Below, in pieces: positions 1 through 13,327 of a stretch of DNA of 64,000 bases. Each line of letters starts with the position of its first letter. The stretch's first letter is position 1. Origin of the DNA: Girardia tigrina (lineage: Eukaryota); NCBI GenBank assembly GCA_001938485.1, contig MQRK01230279.1, positions 144,700 to 208,699 on the forward strand, in the 5' to 3' direction. The translations under genes were made by a program, and so were the position numbers. Under the pieces are notes generated by a model. That model did no database searches and had not been told where the DNA came from. It worked only from the letters and a program-made list of their open reading frames with translations.

Positions 1-3000
1 CGTGTTAATATATGTAAAATTTTAAATTGTAATAAATGTTATTTTTCTGTTGTATATTCATTTTTTGAACTTTATGTCATTTTGTTCTCAAATAGCTGCC
101 GCACCCTGTAATGTTTAAAGTATTCTTTTTCGAACGATTTCTTTACTCCCGTGTGGCACAAAATTTTGTGAAAGAAAGTAATGTACTCATTTCTTGAACT
201 TTTCGGGATCTAAATCTTATGCTCCAATGTCCTTGTGAAACCATCTCGTTCTTTAAAATTCATCTCTTGGTTCCCGTTTATTTTTGTCATTATTCCCCGC
301 ATCTCTTCATTATTTTGTTGCCAAGTGATAACGAATTTCTCCTCTTCGATTGCCAACATCCGTGTCTTTGATTTGATCGTTTTTGCTTGTTCGTGTGGTG
401 TCAAACATTGTGCGCATACCTACAATCAGTTCGTAATAACGCGTCTGCGTTTTTGTGTAATTCTCACTTTCGATATTGAAGCTTCATATCTAAACTACTT
501 AAATAATTCATCAAATTCTGAAATTGTGGCGTAATCGGTTTTTTTGTAGTCATCATAAATGTGATAGCTTTATGATTAGTTCGCAATTTAAATCGTGCTC
601 GTAAAGATAATGTTTAAAGTATTGCGTGAAATGAAAAATCACCAATAATTCATTCCTAGTTATGCAGTATCCAATTTCATGTTTTGTCATAGACTTTGAT
701 CCGTATGTAATTACTTGTTCCTCACCTTTTTCGTTTTCTTGTGCCAAAACTGCACCTATCGTATCGAACGATGCGTCCGTATCAAGTATAAACTCCTTGG
801 TATAGTGAGGGTAACATAGAACTGGTGCTTTTCTCTTTTTTAAAAGCCTCATCATGAGATTCGAACCAATACAGCTTATCTTTTGCATTTCCACACATCT
901 CTTCTAATGGCTTAGAAACTTCCGAGTAGTTCTTTATAAACTTCCAATAATAATTGCATATACCGAGAAAACTGCGCAATTCCTTCACACATTTTGGTTT
1001 TTCGTATTCTGCAATCGTTTCAATCTTTTCTGGGTCTGTCTTAATACCATTTTTGTTTACGATGTGTCCCAAAAATCGCAGTTCGTGTTGCAAAAAATTA
1101 CATTTTTCTGGATTTATTCATAGTCTTGCTCTCTGTATTCTTGAAAATACTTTCTCCAATCTTTCCATATGTTCCCTTTCCGTTTTTGAAAATATTAGAA
1201 TATCATCCAGATACACCAAAGCCTCTTTCCATAAAATTTCTTTCAGAACATCCGTCATCAGTTTCTGGAAGATTAATGCAGCTGCTGCAATACCGAACGG
1301 TAAAACAGAATTGTCCTATTTTGTGGAGAAAGCTGTTTTTAATCTTGAAGATTCCTCTAGTTCTACTTGATAGTATGCATTACCTAAATTAATGCTACTA
1401 AACAATTTCATTCATCTTAAAGAATCCAGCATCTCGTCAATGTTCGGTATGGGGAAAGCCTGTGACCTGGTTCAATAATCACAAATGCCCCATTTCCAGC
1501 CATAAACACATTTTAAAATTTTTCTATACATCTATACAGTTTTGTACCTTCTACCAGCTGGACTTTTTTTTGCATTCGAGAATCTCTCTGCCTATCCATA
1601 CTTACATTTATCTATATAAGGGTCTAATGGCATATTTTTGTACATTCGGAGTTCCCTATTTCCTCATTTTCCCACTGCATATTTATTCCTGGTCGTAATT
1701 CGAATCTTAAAGGTCTAGTTAATTTTATACCAAAGATAATAGGGGGAGACACTGTCTTAGCAATGTAAAATAAATTCTGTATCTTCTTATTTCTCTAAAT
1801 AACTGGTATATAACAAACGCCAAATATGTCCATCTCACTTCCATTTGCACAAATAACTGCTGATCTTTCATTCTTACTTACTGGAATGTGGAAACGGTGG
1901 ACAATCTCTGCATCCAATACGTTAATACGGGCCCCAGTATCTCATAAGCAATCTAATTCTGCATCCAATATTTTAGCTTTAAAACATAGTCTTCCACTAA
2001 ATATTCTATAATCGATTTTAGCCCTCGGATTTATAATAAATTCAACTATCACATTTACTTCTTCAATTTCATGCTCTACTATCTCTCTATTACCATTAAT
2101 ACTACATACATTACCCTTATTAAAACTATCATTACTATTAACTTTATTATATTTAAATTTATTAAAAATACTTTTATTTAAAATATTATCAATATAATTA
2201 ATATTACATATACAATTACTTATAACAGGATTCCAAACATTCTTACTTTATAATTTAAGGCTGCAATCATCTCTTGAATTCACGAGCCTTGGTGTTTATC
2301 GGTCGTTCAATATTTGAATCTTCCTCCATTCAAGCCCCCGACGATCTGTATCGGTTTTGGGACCAGTATCGTTGACTGAAACTCGATCCTTGAGATTCAC
2401 CTCGATAACATTGATATCCCAAGTGTCCATTCGCCTCACATACCGAACATTTTAGGTATGGACATTCTCTTCGAATGTGACCGCTACCTCTACGCCCGTA
2501 GCATTTTTTTATATTTTCGGGACTATCTTTTCGAATATGACCAGTTTTCCTGTAATTGTAACACACAATAAATTCACTATCATTTCTGCTGAATTGTTGT
2601 ATCGGTTTTTGTGTTGTTTCGTTTCTCATATTGCTTTGATTCACCCTCCTCTTTGACCGGAAATTGGATTGATTTGAGAATGATGAACGGTCCTTCAGAA
2701 CCGTTGCAAACGTCTTCTGTTTGTTGTTTGGTGCAATTTTTTATCTGTATTTCCATTTTTATGTTTTCCTTTTTTTCAATTACTGATTTGATCGTTTCCG
2801 GAACTTGCATATAAATTTGGGTTTTTATTGATACATCTTCTACTCAGTGAATTAAAAAATAAGACATTAACTCCTGTTTGTTCCATTTATGGTTTAAGAT
2901 TTTGTCGACCATTTTTTCGATTTTGTTGTAGAACGCAATTGCCGAATCCAGTCATATACGATAATTCATTAGATCGTTCAAATCTTGAATTAGTGACGTC

Positions 3001-3437
3001 GGTCTCTTGAAAGCTTTTCTCAATCTGTAGGCAAAACTGGTGATCTTCTCATCGATGGCTTCATATGTTGCCAGCAAATCCTTGTTGATGAATGCTTTCA
3101 CCATCATTGCTTGAATCGATTCATTAATTTGCGCGACTTGAAAATATCTTTCACAGTCTGCAATGAATTGATCCACGTCCTCGCGTCCATCGCATATTTT
3201 TGGTGCCAGATTGTTTATAATACTGGCCGTGGTCGTCATGTAAGGAGTTTCCACAATCAACGAGAACGAAATAATTCCAACAAGATTTATTTAATAATTC
3301 AAAATTTGCGCCTTTCGAATATTTAAACAAATCAGCTTTCAAGAGAATTTTTATTAGAATATTTGGCCTCCATTATTATACTATATATAAATAATAATAT
3401 TAGACATAAATATTAATATAGATTATTTATCCTTACA
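1..3437 (-). mobile_element. Decayed Ty3/Gypsy LTR retrotransposon (5' LTR, PBS, gag with zinc knuckles, protease, RT, RNase H; runs off left edge)
   Basis: ORF fragments: gag (2952-3260), CCHC-like knuckles (2330-2644), RT YLDDILIF (~1200), LRFLGHIV...LRSFLGICNYY, RNase H FILDTDAS...IGAVLAQ. Many stops and frameshifts. PBS TGGAGGCC at 3372-3365. Confidence 0.93.
3373..3437 (-). repeat. Putative very short 5' LTR (TGTAAGGA...) upstream of PBS
   Basis: Minus strand TGTAAGGATAAAT at 3437, AT-rich, then TGGAGGCC PBS. The start resembles the LTR starts at 34457 and 60679. The partner LTR is outside the window. Confidence 0.5.
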
Positions 3438-3699
3438 ATGTCGATGATGAATCTTATATTTATCAGTTCCTCAAATATGTGCATTTTATATAAAACATAA
3501 ATAAGTATTATTAATAACAAATAATTCTCATATATAATATATTTTTGCAAAACGGTAACTGAGAATGAAAATTGATTTTTTATATATTTCTGCAGTTTTC
3601 AATTTTGAAAGTTTTGAACAGTCAATAATGAATGCAACAATTGAGAATATCAGTTTCTTCGTTGCCATACTATCTAAGAATTCTTTCTATGCGATCGAA

Positions 3700-4620
3700 A
3701 TTCCTAGTCTGTTGCTGAATGCTTGTGGAAATGTGAAGAATTTGCGACGAATCCAGGACATTGCAAATGAGTACAAAGAAATGAACATGAAGGAGTAACA
3801 AGAAAGGAAAGCTCAGGTAGACCATCGACGGAAAGAACGGGCAAGAAAGTGGTTGCGGTGAAACAGCTGCTTGAAGATAAGAATTTGTCCATTAGAGTAA
3901 TCGCTACCCTAGCAGAAGTCACCATCAATGCAGCATACCAAATTGTGGAGAAGAAATTGAAAATGAAGTGCGTCTATGCCAGGTTGATTCCTCATCAATT
4001 AACAGAAAATCACAAGACACAGAAAGTTGTTGAGTCAGAAAAACACTGTGGTTTTTGACGAGATGTCAGTGTACAGTGATCATTTACCCTGTCGGCAAAA
4101 CAATGATTCTTGGGTGGCAGAAGACGGTAACCGGCCAACGATCACACGAAGAATAATATCAGACCAGAAGTCATACATAATTGTGGTGATAATTTTCGTG
4201 GTGATTTCAGTTTCAAGGTTTTCGAGAGAAATCAAACCATTACGCTCAACGTTATGTGGATTTCCTACAGATGATCCGGAAAACCGTTAGAACAGGACGC
4301 CTGCGCCTCGTGTATGATAATGCCTGTCCACATACGATTGTCATGACGCAAACTTTCTGGGAGCAAAATGGAGTTACTCTTGTCAAACAACCACCCTATT
4401 TGCCTGAGATAAATCTCTTAGATAGGTTCATGCTCCGAAATCTGGAATTTGACAAGCGCACAGTCCATTTTTCGAACAAGGATGCCCTGACGCTGTATCT
4501 CCAAAATTTCCTTGAGAATATGATGACCAAATTCAAGCTAGCCAGTGAGCTGTATCGTCTCAAACACCATTTACAAGAGGTAATTGACATTGATAATTCC
4601 GTGTTCGTTTAAAATTATTT
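3700..4620 (+). mobile_element. Degenerate mariner (DD34D-type) transposase remnant
   Basis: GRPST HTH linker, ARLIPHQLT (WVPHEL-like), DEMSVY, YDNACPHT, QPPYLPEINLLD across frames. TIRs not found. Confidence 0.8.
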
Positions 4621-5036
4621 TTCTTTCTTTCTATTGGAGAAACAAAGCTAATTCTATAAAGCTATTTAAAAATTTTATAAATTTAAAATTATTGGCTAAA
4701 TAATTAATTTTTAAACAGTTGTTTTTTTTAAATAAAACAAATATTAACAATTTTATAATTAACGCATAAATATTTATAATTAAAATTAAAATTTATGTAT
4801 GGATATTTATAATCAAATTTTGATATCTGGTTTTTGTGTAAAATAAGAAAATATTTTTCCTTGTAAATTTGTTTGGAAATAGTTAATAGTCATAGAAATA
4901 AATATTTGGAGTTATGAATTCTTGACCTCGAACCCAACAAGTGTAAGTAGTTTGTTCAATGAAATCTTACTATTTCTAAACGAAATCAAAAACTTTGTTT
5001 GGGTTCAATTTCAAAACTTTACTCTCTGTTAAATAG

Positions 5037-5071
<35 letters not shown>

Positions 5072-5132
5072 TTTGATCTCAGCGCACTTTATCGAGTCAT
5101 GATTTAATTTTGTAAGACATTCAAACTACATA

Positions 5133-6638
5133 TTAGGTTGAAGCAAAAGAAATGTCGTTTTTAATGTATTTAATATTCATTGTTTGAAATATTTTGAAAA
5201 TCATTAATAAATAGATTCATATTTAAATTTACTTTAACCCTTTCCTGGCTGAATAAAGAATTAAATTGGCATCCTTAAATCACTTTTACAACTTTGAAAT
5301 GATAAAAACAAAATGGCGTTTGACAAAACATGTGTAAGAATAATTTGTATATTCGTCTATTGATCAGAAATAAAAATATTATTTGTATTTTTCCATAGAT
5401 GCCTATAAAATATTAAAATGAAACATGATTCCATATGACATCAATAGTCAGGAAAAGGTTAAAGCTTAAACTTTACTCTATATTTTGATACCAAGAATGA
5501 CATTAGTGTTGTTCATTTAAGGTGTATTTATTTTATTTTAGAAATTTTAGAAAAGAAGGAAATGAGAAAAATTTTATTCTACGATTTCAAACTAGGTCGA
5601 AAAGCGATAGAAACGGCTCGGAATATTAACAATGTATTTGTATAGCATACCACTTATTTACGAACAGTACAATGTTGGTTTTCTAAGTTTCGTTGTGGCA
5701 ACGACAGTCTTGAAGATGAATAACACAGTAGTCGACCATCACAATTTGACGACGACCATTTGAAGAAGTTAATCAATGCTGACCCGCATAAAAATTCACG
5801 GCAAGTCACTTAAGAACTCCACGTTCACCAATCAACAGTTGTTCGCCATCTGAAGAAAATCGGGAAAGTGAAAAAGCTGGACAAGAGGATGCCGCACGAA
5901 TTAAACAAAAATCAAAAAAATCGTCGTTTTAACGTGTGTTCTTTTCTGCTTTTGCGTAATCAAAGCGACCCGTTTCTGCATCGAATTGTAACGTGCGATG
6001 AAAAATGGGTCCTAAACGATAACCGGCGACGTTCAGCTCAGTGGTTGGATTTCAATGAGGCTCCAAAACCTTTCCCGAAGCCAAAATTACACCAAAAATG
6101 TTTTAGTAACTGTTTGGTGGTCTGCACACGGTTTAATCCATTACAGCTTCCTAAAACAAGTCGAAACAATTACAGCGGAAAAGTATTGTCAGTAAATTGA
6201 CAAAATGCTCCAAGAACTACAAAAAAACGGCCGGCATTACTCAATAGAAAGGGGCCAATTCTTCTACATGACAACACTCGTCCACATGTTGCAAGAAAGA
6301 CCATGCTGAAGTTAAACGAACTGGGATATGAAACTTTGCCTCATCCACCGTACTTACCAGACCTTTCTCCTACAGACTATCACCTTTTCAAACATTTCAG
6401 CCAGTTCCTTTGCGAAAAATGCTTCAGAAACCAAGGAGATGCTGAAAGAGCCTCGGACGACTTCATCACCTCCAGAACTCCAGAATTTTATGAAACTGGA
6501 ATAAATAAACTTGTTACCCGTTGGTAACAGTGTGTTTAATGTAATGTTTTTTATTTTGACTAATAAAGTTAATTCTAAAGAAAGCTATGTTCATTTAAGT
6601 TGACGGTTAAAAACAACATTTCTTTTGCATCAACCTAA
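5133..6638 (+). mobile_element. Full-length decayed mariner element with TIRs and TA TSD
   Basis: TIR TTAGGTTGAAGCAAAAGAAATGTCGTTTT / AAAACAACATTTCTTTTGCATCAACCTAA, TA both sides. MPHEL, IVTCDEKW, HDNTRPH, HPPYLPDLSPTDY. Confidence 0.95.
5238..5458. mobile_element. piggyBac-type MITE nested in the mariner 5' UTR
   Basis: TTAA|CCCTTTCCTGGCT ... AGTCAGGAAAAGG|TTAA: TTAA TSD and 13-bp imperfect TIR starting CC. Confidence 0.75.
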
Positions 6639-8571
6639 TACAAATAGTTAAATTAAATAGTTGAATTTCATTTAGATAATTGAGATCTAAGTAATTTAAA
6701 ATTTAAAAATGGATTTTCGAAACATTAAATCTAGATAAAAAATTAAATATCTAAAATTTATTTTAAAGTAAATATATTTTTTAATATTTAAAAAAAATTA
6801 GGATTAAAGTAAGATTATAAATTATATTTAAGTTTTGGGAAATTCATGATTTAAGTAACATTAAATATTATTTTTCTTTTTCATGAAAATTTTAAATGGC
6901 AATAAAATAATTTTGACTGAAAATAAACATCAAAAGTCATAGATAAATAAATATTTTTTAAATATATTTCTTAAGGATGTATAAAAATTTATATGAATAA
7001 TAGAGATCATTGAATTTATTATTAAATTAGGAAAACAAATATAATTTGTTCGAAATCTGTTTGAAATAAATTTCTTTATCTGCTTGTATTATTATTAAAA
7101 TTATTTATTCGCGATGTAGCTGTGTCGTATATTCATGCAAATATTTTTACGAAACTTTATCTTTCTGTTCAAATTAAATTTCTTTTATATTTATTAAGAG
7201 AACTCACACATTTGCTACATCATTTATTACATGCACAATATGAATCATCTTTATGACAATCCGAAATAATGCCTTCACTCATTTTCATCAATCAATATTT
7301 AATACTTCTTATATAAAATCTGAACTAATTTGAACATATATATTCTATTTAAAATATTTACTACAAATGTTATTGGTTAAAATAAAATCACTATTACTAA
7401 TTTAAAAATATTAATTTGATTTAATAATTTACAAATTTCAAAAATAAAATCTTTTAAAATTTACAATCATAATAAATTAATAACATGAACATTATATATA
7501 AATTTCAATAAATTAGTTTCAGATAATATTAATCAACCATCTGAGTAGGAGAGACGCAATCCCAAATCAACACAAAATATTCAAAAACACACAAAACATC
7601 AACATTTCTCACAATATTATTGATTTTTTTTCAATATCTTTTTATTCCATTTCTTTTTTTCACATAAAGATACACTCTCATCATACATAGAAAAACACGA
7701 CAATAAATTTTTATATGTATGTTTTAAGAAACTTATATTTTCTCTAAATCATAATCTCATTATCATTTAGGGTATCAGGTTTACATATATCAAAACCAAT
7801 GTCATATTATTAACGCATTCAGCTCCATGACGTATATATCTTGGTCCGTATACATCAAGAATATTAAATACGGTTGACAGATCTTTTTAAATGACATTTT
7901 TAACAAACCATGACAATAATCGAATAAAAATATTATGCAAATTATAAAATACGTAATAATTTTCAATATTTTAATCATATATAATGCAACTTTACTAAAA
8001 AAAAACAGAGCTGCCTTTGTTACCAAATGTGACTAACTCTTAGTCACAATTTAATGAAACACTTGAACAAACACTCACTAATTAGTAATAATTTTAAGTT
8101 ACATAAAATTCGATTTCAACTAAGAATATTTTGTCTGTTTACAAATTGACATTGATTAACTTGGACAATGTTTTCGCGTTGTAACAATCATTGAGTGACC
8201 TAATTCGCCAACATCCCTATAAAGAAAAACCTTAATAGTAAAGCATCTCATTTAAGCTGTGATCATTATCATTAGAAAAAAGATTTTGTGCTCAACACTT
8301 CTTAAACTAAATTATTGAGATTAAACCTCAATGATATACAGAGAATCATTTGAGTTTCTAATCAAATGTATATTTTATTTTCCTTCAAAACAATTTAGTT
8401 GCACAATCAAAAATATTTTTATAATTAATTAAATGAAAATAAATAAAGATTGAAACTTTTATAAAATAACAAATAAAAACTTAAATGAATAAATAATAAA
8501 AAATTTAAAATAAAATAATTAATATTCACGAACTAGATATAAAGTTTTTATAATTCATTGGTATTTAGGTA

Positions 8572-8755
8572 TTTTTTACACACTTTATATAAGCTTCGCC
8601 TGTCTTTTGTTTGTGTGGCACAAATCTTGTAATTGATTTTTCAACCACTTCTTAATGCTAAATTAAGCTGAAATTTTTCATACTTGTTCATTTCCGATGA
8701 CAATAAATGAATCAATTAACATATATTTTAGTGTGCATATTAAAGTGTATTTTTT
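8572..8755. mobile_element. Possible non-autonomous Helentron-like (HINE/DINE-type) element
   Basis: T-run flanks, subterminal inverted repeat TACACACTTTA / TAAAGTGTA, short TGTYT microsatellite near the 5' end. Family assignment is an inference. Confidence 0.3.
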
Positions 8756-8760
8756 ATATA

Positions 8761-9862
8761 CAAGGGTGGCCATAAGTTGCTTTACCCAGTTTTAATAATA
8801 ATAAACACAAAATTCTAAATAATACAACTTTTATTTAATCAGCGTACAATAATAATTTGAAAACAAAAACTTGAAAAAAATTAAATCTTATCCTCAAAGT
8901 GTTGTCCTTCAGATTTAATACACAACTGGATTCTTCTCTGAACAGAGTGACAAATTCGTCGGCACAAGCCTTTATCGTTGTTCAAGGCTGCAAATTCTGT
9001 AGTAATTCTTTCCTTCTACTCGGATATGGTTATAATATTTTGTGAGTAAACGTGTTCCTTCAGGATACCCCACATTGAATAATCACAAGGTGCCATGTCC
9101 GGTGATCGTGGAGGCCATTCAATGGTTCCTCTCCTGCCTATCCACATGTCAAAAGTGTTATCCAAAAAGTCGCGTACATTTCTGCCATAATGAGGGGGAG
9201 CACCGTCTTGCATCCAAACGTCGTTATCTGTGTCAAGCTGAGGTGCGGCAAAATCACGCAGCATGTCGAGATATAGCTGAGAATTGACCATTCCATCAAA
9301 AAAGTATGGACCCAGAACACCAGTTGAACGTATTCCTCCCCACACACAAATTCTTGGAGAAAGATTGTTTGTCTCCCATACCAGATGAGGATTCTCAGTG
9401 GAGTAGTACACGGCATTTTGCAAATTAACGTGACCATTCAACTTATATGAAGCTTCGTCGGTCCAAATTATTCTGTCCATTATGTCAATGTCTCATGGAG
9501 TTGTTGCTGTAACCATTCGCAAAAATCTATGCGTCTGTCATAATCGTCATCATTCATTTGATGGAGCAAATGATGTCGCCAAACTTTCAACTCAATGTCC
9601 TTCAATATTCTACGTAAACTTGCACGAACTGCAGATGTTGATGGCGCATTGTGATAGAAAGTTCTAACATTTTCTTTATTTTCATCGGTATTCATATTGT
9701 TAGGGCGCCCAATTCTTTTCTTGTCGGTTACAGAGCCTGTCTCGTAAAACTTTTTAGCCAAAACATGCATTGATTGTCGTGATGGAGGAGCGTCATTAGG
9801 ATACTCTTTTGCAAATGCTGCAGCTACAGCTCTTGAATTTCTATCATGCTTTATCCCCTGTA
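8761..9862 (-). mobile_element. Tc1/mariner rosa-type (DD40D) transposon, decayed, one TIR seen
   Basis: KFYETGSV...GRP, IIWTDEA, WMQDGAPPHY...WPPRSPDMAPCDYSMWG (40 aa between D2 and D3). TA|CAAGGGTGGCCATAAG terminus at 8761. Confidence 0.9.
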
Positions 9863-10527
9863 TAATATTCTACTTTAATAATAATAAAAATTATTGTCCG
9901 ACAGATTTTTAATAATTTTTTTTAATCAGAAAATATTTACAAAACATTTAAATTTAGTTCGTTTAGTTCAAATCGCAAACGAATACAATTTAATGTTTTT
10001 ATGCCATAGCTTTTCTGGAATTTGTTTTCAAAATGTTCAATATTCGTTAGTTTAGTGCCTTTTTATTATATAATTATTTTCTCGTGGGATGATCATTTTT
10101 TAATACATCTTTGATCTCATATTTGACTTTTTTTCATTATTCAATATCAGACTGGTAAGACATTTCCCTGACCCCTCTAGCTAGCTTATTTATTTAGACT
10201 TTAAATTACATCTCATTCAGTTTTTTGTTACTCCACAGTTAATTGTTACAATACTTTGAAGTCTGCAAAAAAAGCTAATCCATAAACGATTATTTAAACA
10301 AAAATAAAATTTTGTCGTTTTAGACAACACGCATTTTAGGTGTCTAGTTTATTTTGGGTCCCTAGTTACGACATTTGGGCTCTCGTATACAACATTTTCA
10401 TGATACACTCGTTAAATAATATTTGTTGGCAAAGAACATTTGATTGTGCTTCTTTCAATCTTGTATTAGTTGTTAACTATTTCTACTTAATTTTATTAAT
10501 AAAATCAGAACATAATTTTCAAACTTT

Positions 10528-10579
10528 ATTTCAGAAATTAATTTTGGTGGATTAGAGTCCGCCTTCTTCAGACTAAATT
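10528..10579 (-). ncRNA. Degenerate Penelope-type minimal hammerhead ribozyme (GAAA mutated to AAAA)
   Basis: Minus: AATTTAGT CTGAAGA A GGCGGA CTCTAA TCCACC AAAA TTAA TT TCTGAAAT, closely similar to the HHR at 36633-36680. Confidence 0.6.
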
Positions 10580-10633
10580 ATTATTGGTTTCATAGGTAAA
10601 TTACACAATAGTGACTTTTAAATCAATAATAAT

Positions 10634-11865
10634 TAGGGACATAACATTTCCACGGTAAATTTTAGTGGAATCAGCGGCACATTTTCATGGAATCCGTGGT
10701 AAATTTTTGCATTTTCCGTGGTTATACTTTATATATTCCGTTTATTTCATTTTGGTGCATAAATACGCACTATGCATGGAATTATTTTATCTATATAGTT
10801 ATTTTCATCCATAATGTTAAGTATCTTAAATAATTTTTTATCTATCACTATAAACATTCACACATATTTCAATAAAGAAAATCTCATACGACCAATATAG
10901 TTATATATGCTTCACATAAGAAGGCATAATTTACAACTTCAAACTTTATTTAAATACAGTCGCAAAAGACCCGTGGTGTTTTCCGGAGTCAATCGATGTC
11001 TGAGAGAGGTAAACACTTGGTTGAAAGCACTAAATAACCGTTCTACATCACCGCTGTTGACATTGAACTGTAGAAGTAAAACAGCACGCCCGGCAAAATT
11101 GGGAACATGATTTTAACAGCTTTCCAAAACTGTAAGGGATTGGTAAAACTAGTGCTGATATCTCCAACTAATCGAAGGTAAACTAGCCACTCTTCATCAC
11201 AAGTGTCAGGAAGTCTCAAATCTGCAGTCAATACTGTGTAGCAGGAAACTTCCACCGCTGGTAACTGAAATAGATCAAGAATGCTCACAGCCTTTAAGAA
11301 ACGAATGCATGGCTGCTTTTTTCCTGCATATACTCTTTCAATTTCAGAGCTGCCGCAGTAGCGGCAGAAGCGCAATTTTCGCCAATGGCTGAAGAAGAAA
11401 GGAGGATAAGCCAAGAAGTCAAGTCTTGTATTAGGTTATAAACCTCGTGGACGTGAGGCTTTCGTGATTGGCACACATTCAGTACAGCGATCAAGTGGGG
11501 GCAGTTGGAAGCGAGGAAAGGGAAATGATCACTTAGATTGCTTGATGAAAGAAGAGACGATAGCTCCAACAAAGCTGCACTGTCTTCTTTTTCCTCACGC
11601 TCCTTGCTAATGAAGGTAGAATAATGGGGAATGAAGGATGCGTGGTAAAGGACTGCTTCAAAATTTTTAATTTTAATAAATGATCATGAAAAATGATTAT
11701 CACAATTTAAATTAAAATAGTTTGTTATTTTTATTTTTTAATTGTTATTTTTTCATTTTACAATTTTTAATTTTAATAAATAAATGATCATGCAATTTCA
11801 TTTTCCGTGGGATTCCGCGGATTTTTCTTTTTTCCGTTTTTTCCCGCGGAATTGTCGTGTTCTTG
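10634..11865 (-). mobile_element. Internally deleted hAT transposon with 8-bp TSD
   Basis: TSD ATAATAAT both sides. Imperfect TIR TAGGGACATAACATTTCCACGG vs CAAGAACACGACAATTCCGCGG. Subterminal TTCCRYGG repeats. hAT dimerisation motif NPLQFWK...FP...NSGDVERLFS...RHRLTPEN. Confidence 0.9.
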
Positions 11866-12889
11866 ATAATAATCAAGCTCTATTTTAAGCAAATTATGAG
11901 ATAAATTTAGTATGAAACTTGAATATTAATTTTTTTCGTTTCTTATCGAATGATTTTAAAACATTTTAATCCTCTATTTTAAAAATGTGATTATACATAC
12001 GGTGAATTTATAACTAATTTTTCAATCTTATATATTTGGTGATATTTTAGTAATAAATACCCAATACCTCTTGGTTTATGTTCTGATCTCATTTGTAAAT
12101 ATACTTGTAATCGATAACACCACATGTGTTTGACTTATTTTATATCATATCTGTATAAGTTTTCGCGTTGTGATCGCTTTTGACCCTTACTTGAGCCTAA
12201 TTTAAATTAAAATATTAAATAAATAAAATTAAGTACAATTAAATTAAATAAGTAAAAGAAATTAAAAAATTAAATACAATATTAAATTAAAAGTAAATAA
12301 AACAATTAAATTAAAATATTAATTAAATAAAATCATTAAATTAAAATAAAGAAATTAACAAGTAAAAATAAATAAATAAATCAAATAAAAAAATATATAT
12401 TTATATAAAAATTGTGATTAAACCATTACTTTCATTTGGTTTCGTGATGGTATTTTGTAGATTGTGGATTTATTTTCTAAATCAATCAATATTATTTGTA
12501 TTATCAATTTTCAAATTATTGTCAATGAATAGTAATCACCATGTTTGAATTAACCAATTAAGGTAATTAGGTATGTGTGTGTGTGTAATTACATGGTTGC
12601 GTATGAGTGTGTTTAAAAAAAATAAATGTGTTATTAACAATTACAAAAAATAAAACAATGAACAATTTTGAAAATTTGTTTAAATGTATCAATTTAATCA
12701 AGGTTGTGTAGGTGAATATTGTCACAAATTTCAAAAACTAAATAAAATTTGACGAGTTTTCTTTTAATTTGATTGCGTGTTATTTTGACAATGATAATCA
12801 AATGGAATTATAAATCAAATTTAAAAAGAATCAATTTAATGCAAATAAATTTGTGGGGAATTGAAATTTGGTGAATATATACTATTGAA

Positions 12890-13327
12890 ATGCCGAATGA
12901 TAAATTTACTTATCATGCCAATAAGCATATCAATTTCAAATTAAATCGTGAAAATGGAGATTTGGATAACAATGTTAACAATAAAACTTCTTTTACGAAC
13001 CAGTTTTATGGAAAAAATGAAAATATTTTCGGATATAAAAATTTGCGAATAAATTTATGGTTTTCTACGTATCGATTGAATCTATATTTCAATATATCGT
13101 TTGACAAGAAACTGGAAAATGATTATATAAAAGCTGATGATTTTGAAAAGTCTCTTCTCGCTAACATTCCCTATGTGTATCGTAATATTGATCTATACAG
13201 AGAAGCATTGGAAAACGAGAATTTCAAATATTTCGGAAACTTAATTGATGCTTATAAATTTGATGATAAATCGTTTGAAATTTATTACGTTTGTGGAACT
13301 GAAATGGAACGTATACATTGTCAATTA
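12890..13327 (+). CDS. HAT1: Histone acetyltransferase type B catalytic subunit (HAT1), first coding exon (Hat1 N-terminal domain); downstream exons not found
   Basis: INFKL, FTNQFYGKNENIFGYKNLRINLWF, KADDFE, ENFKYFGNLIDAY, FEIY...ERIHCQL align with HAT1 (YTHQLFGDDETAFGYKGLKI, EADDVE, DFKPFGTLLHTY, EYHERLQ). Similarity stops at a phase-0 GTTTGT donor at 13328. Confidence 0.85.

Noticed and set aside
235-1392. Plus-strand ORFs opposite Gypsy pol (also 33133, 36962, 61617)
   Set aside because: Antisense shadow ORFs of the retroelement coding frames.
7802-8026. Secreted-protein ORF with signal-peptide-like start
   Set aside because: Hydrophobicity is explained by AT-rich codons. No recognisable domain or splice support.
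12200-12400. AATTA-rich repeat as a regulatory element upstream of HAT1
   Set aside because: Ordinary low-complexity AT sequence.
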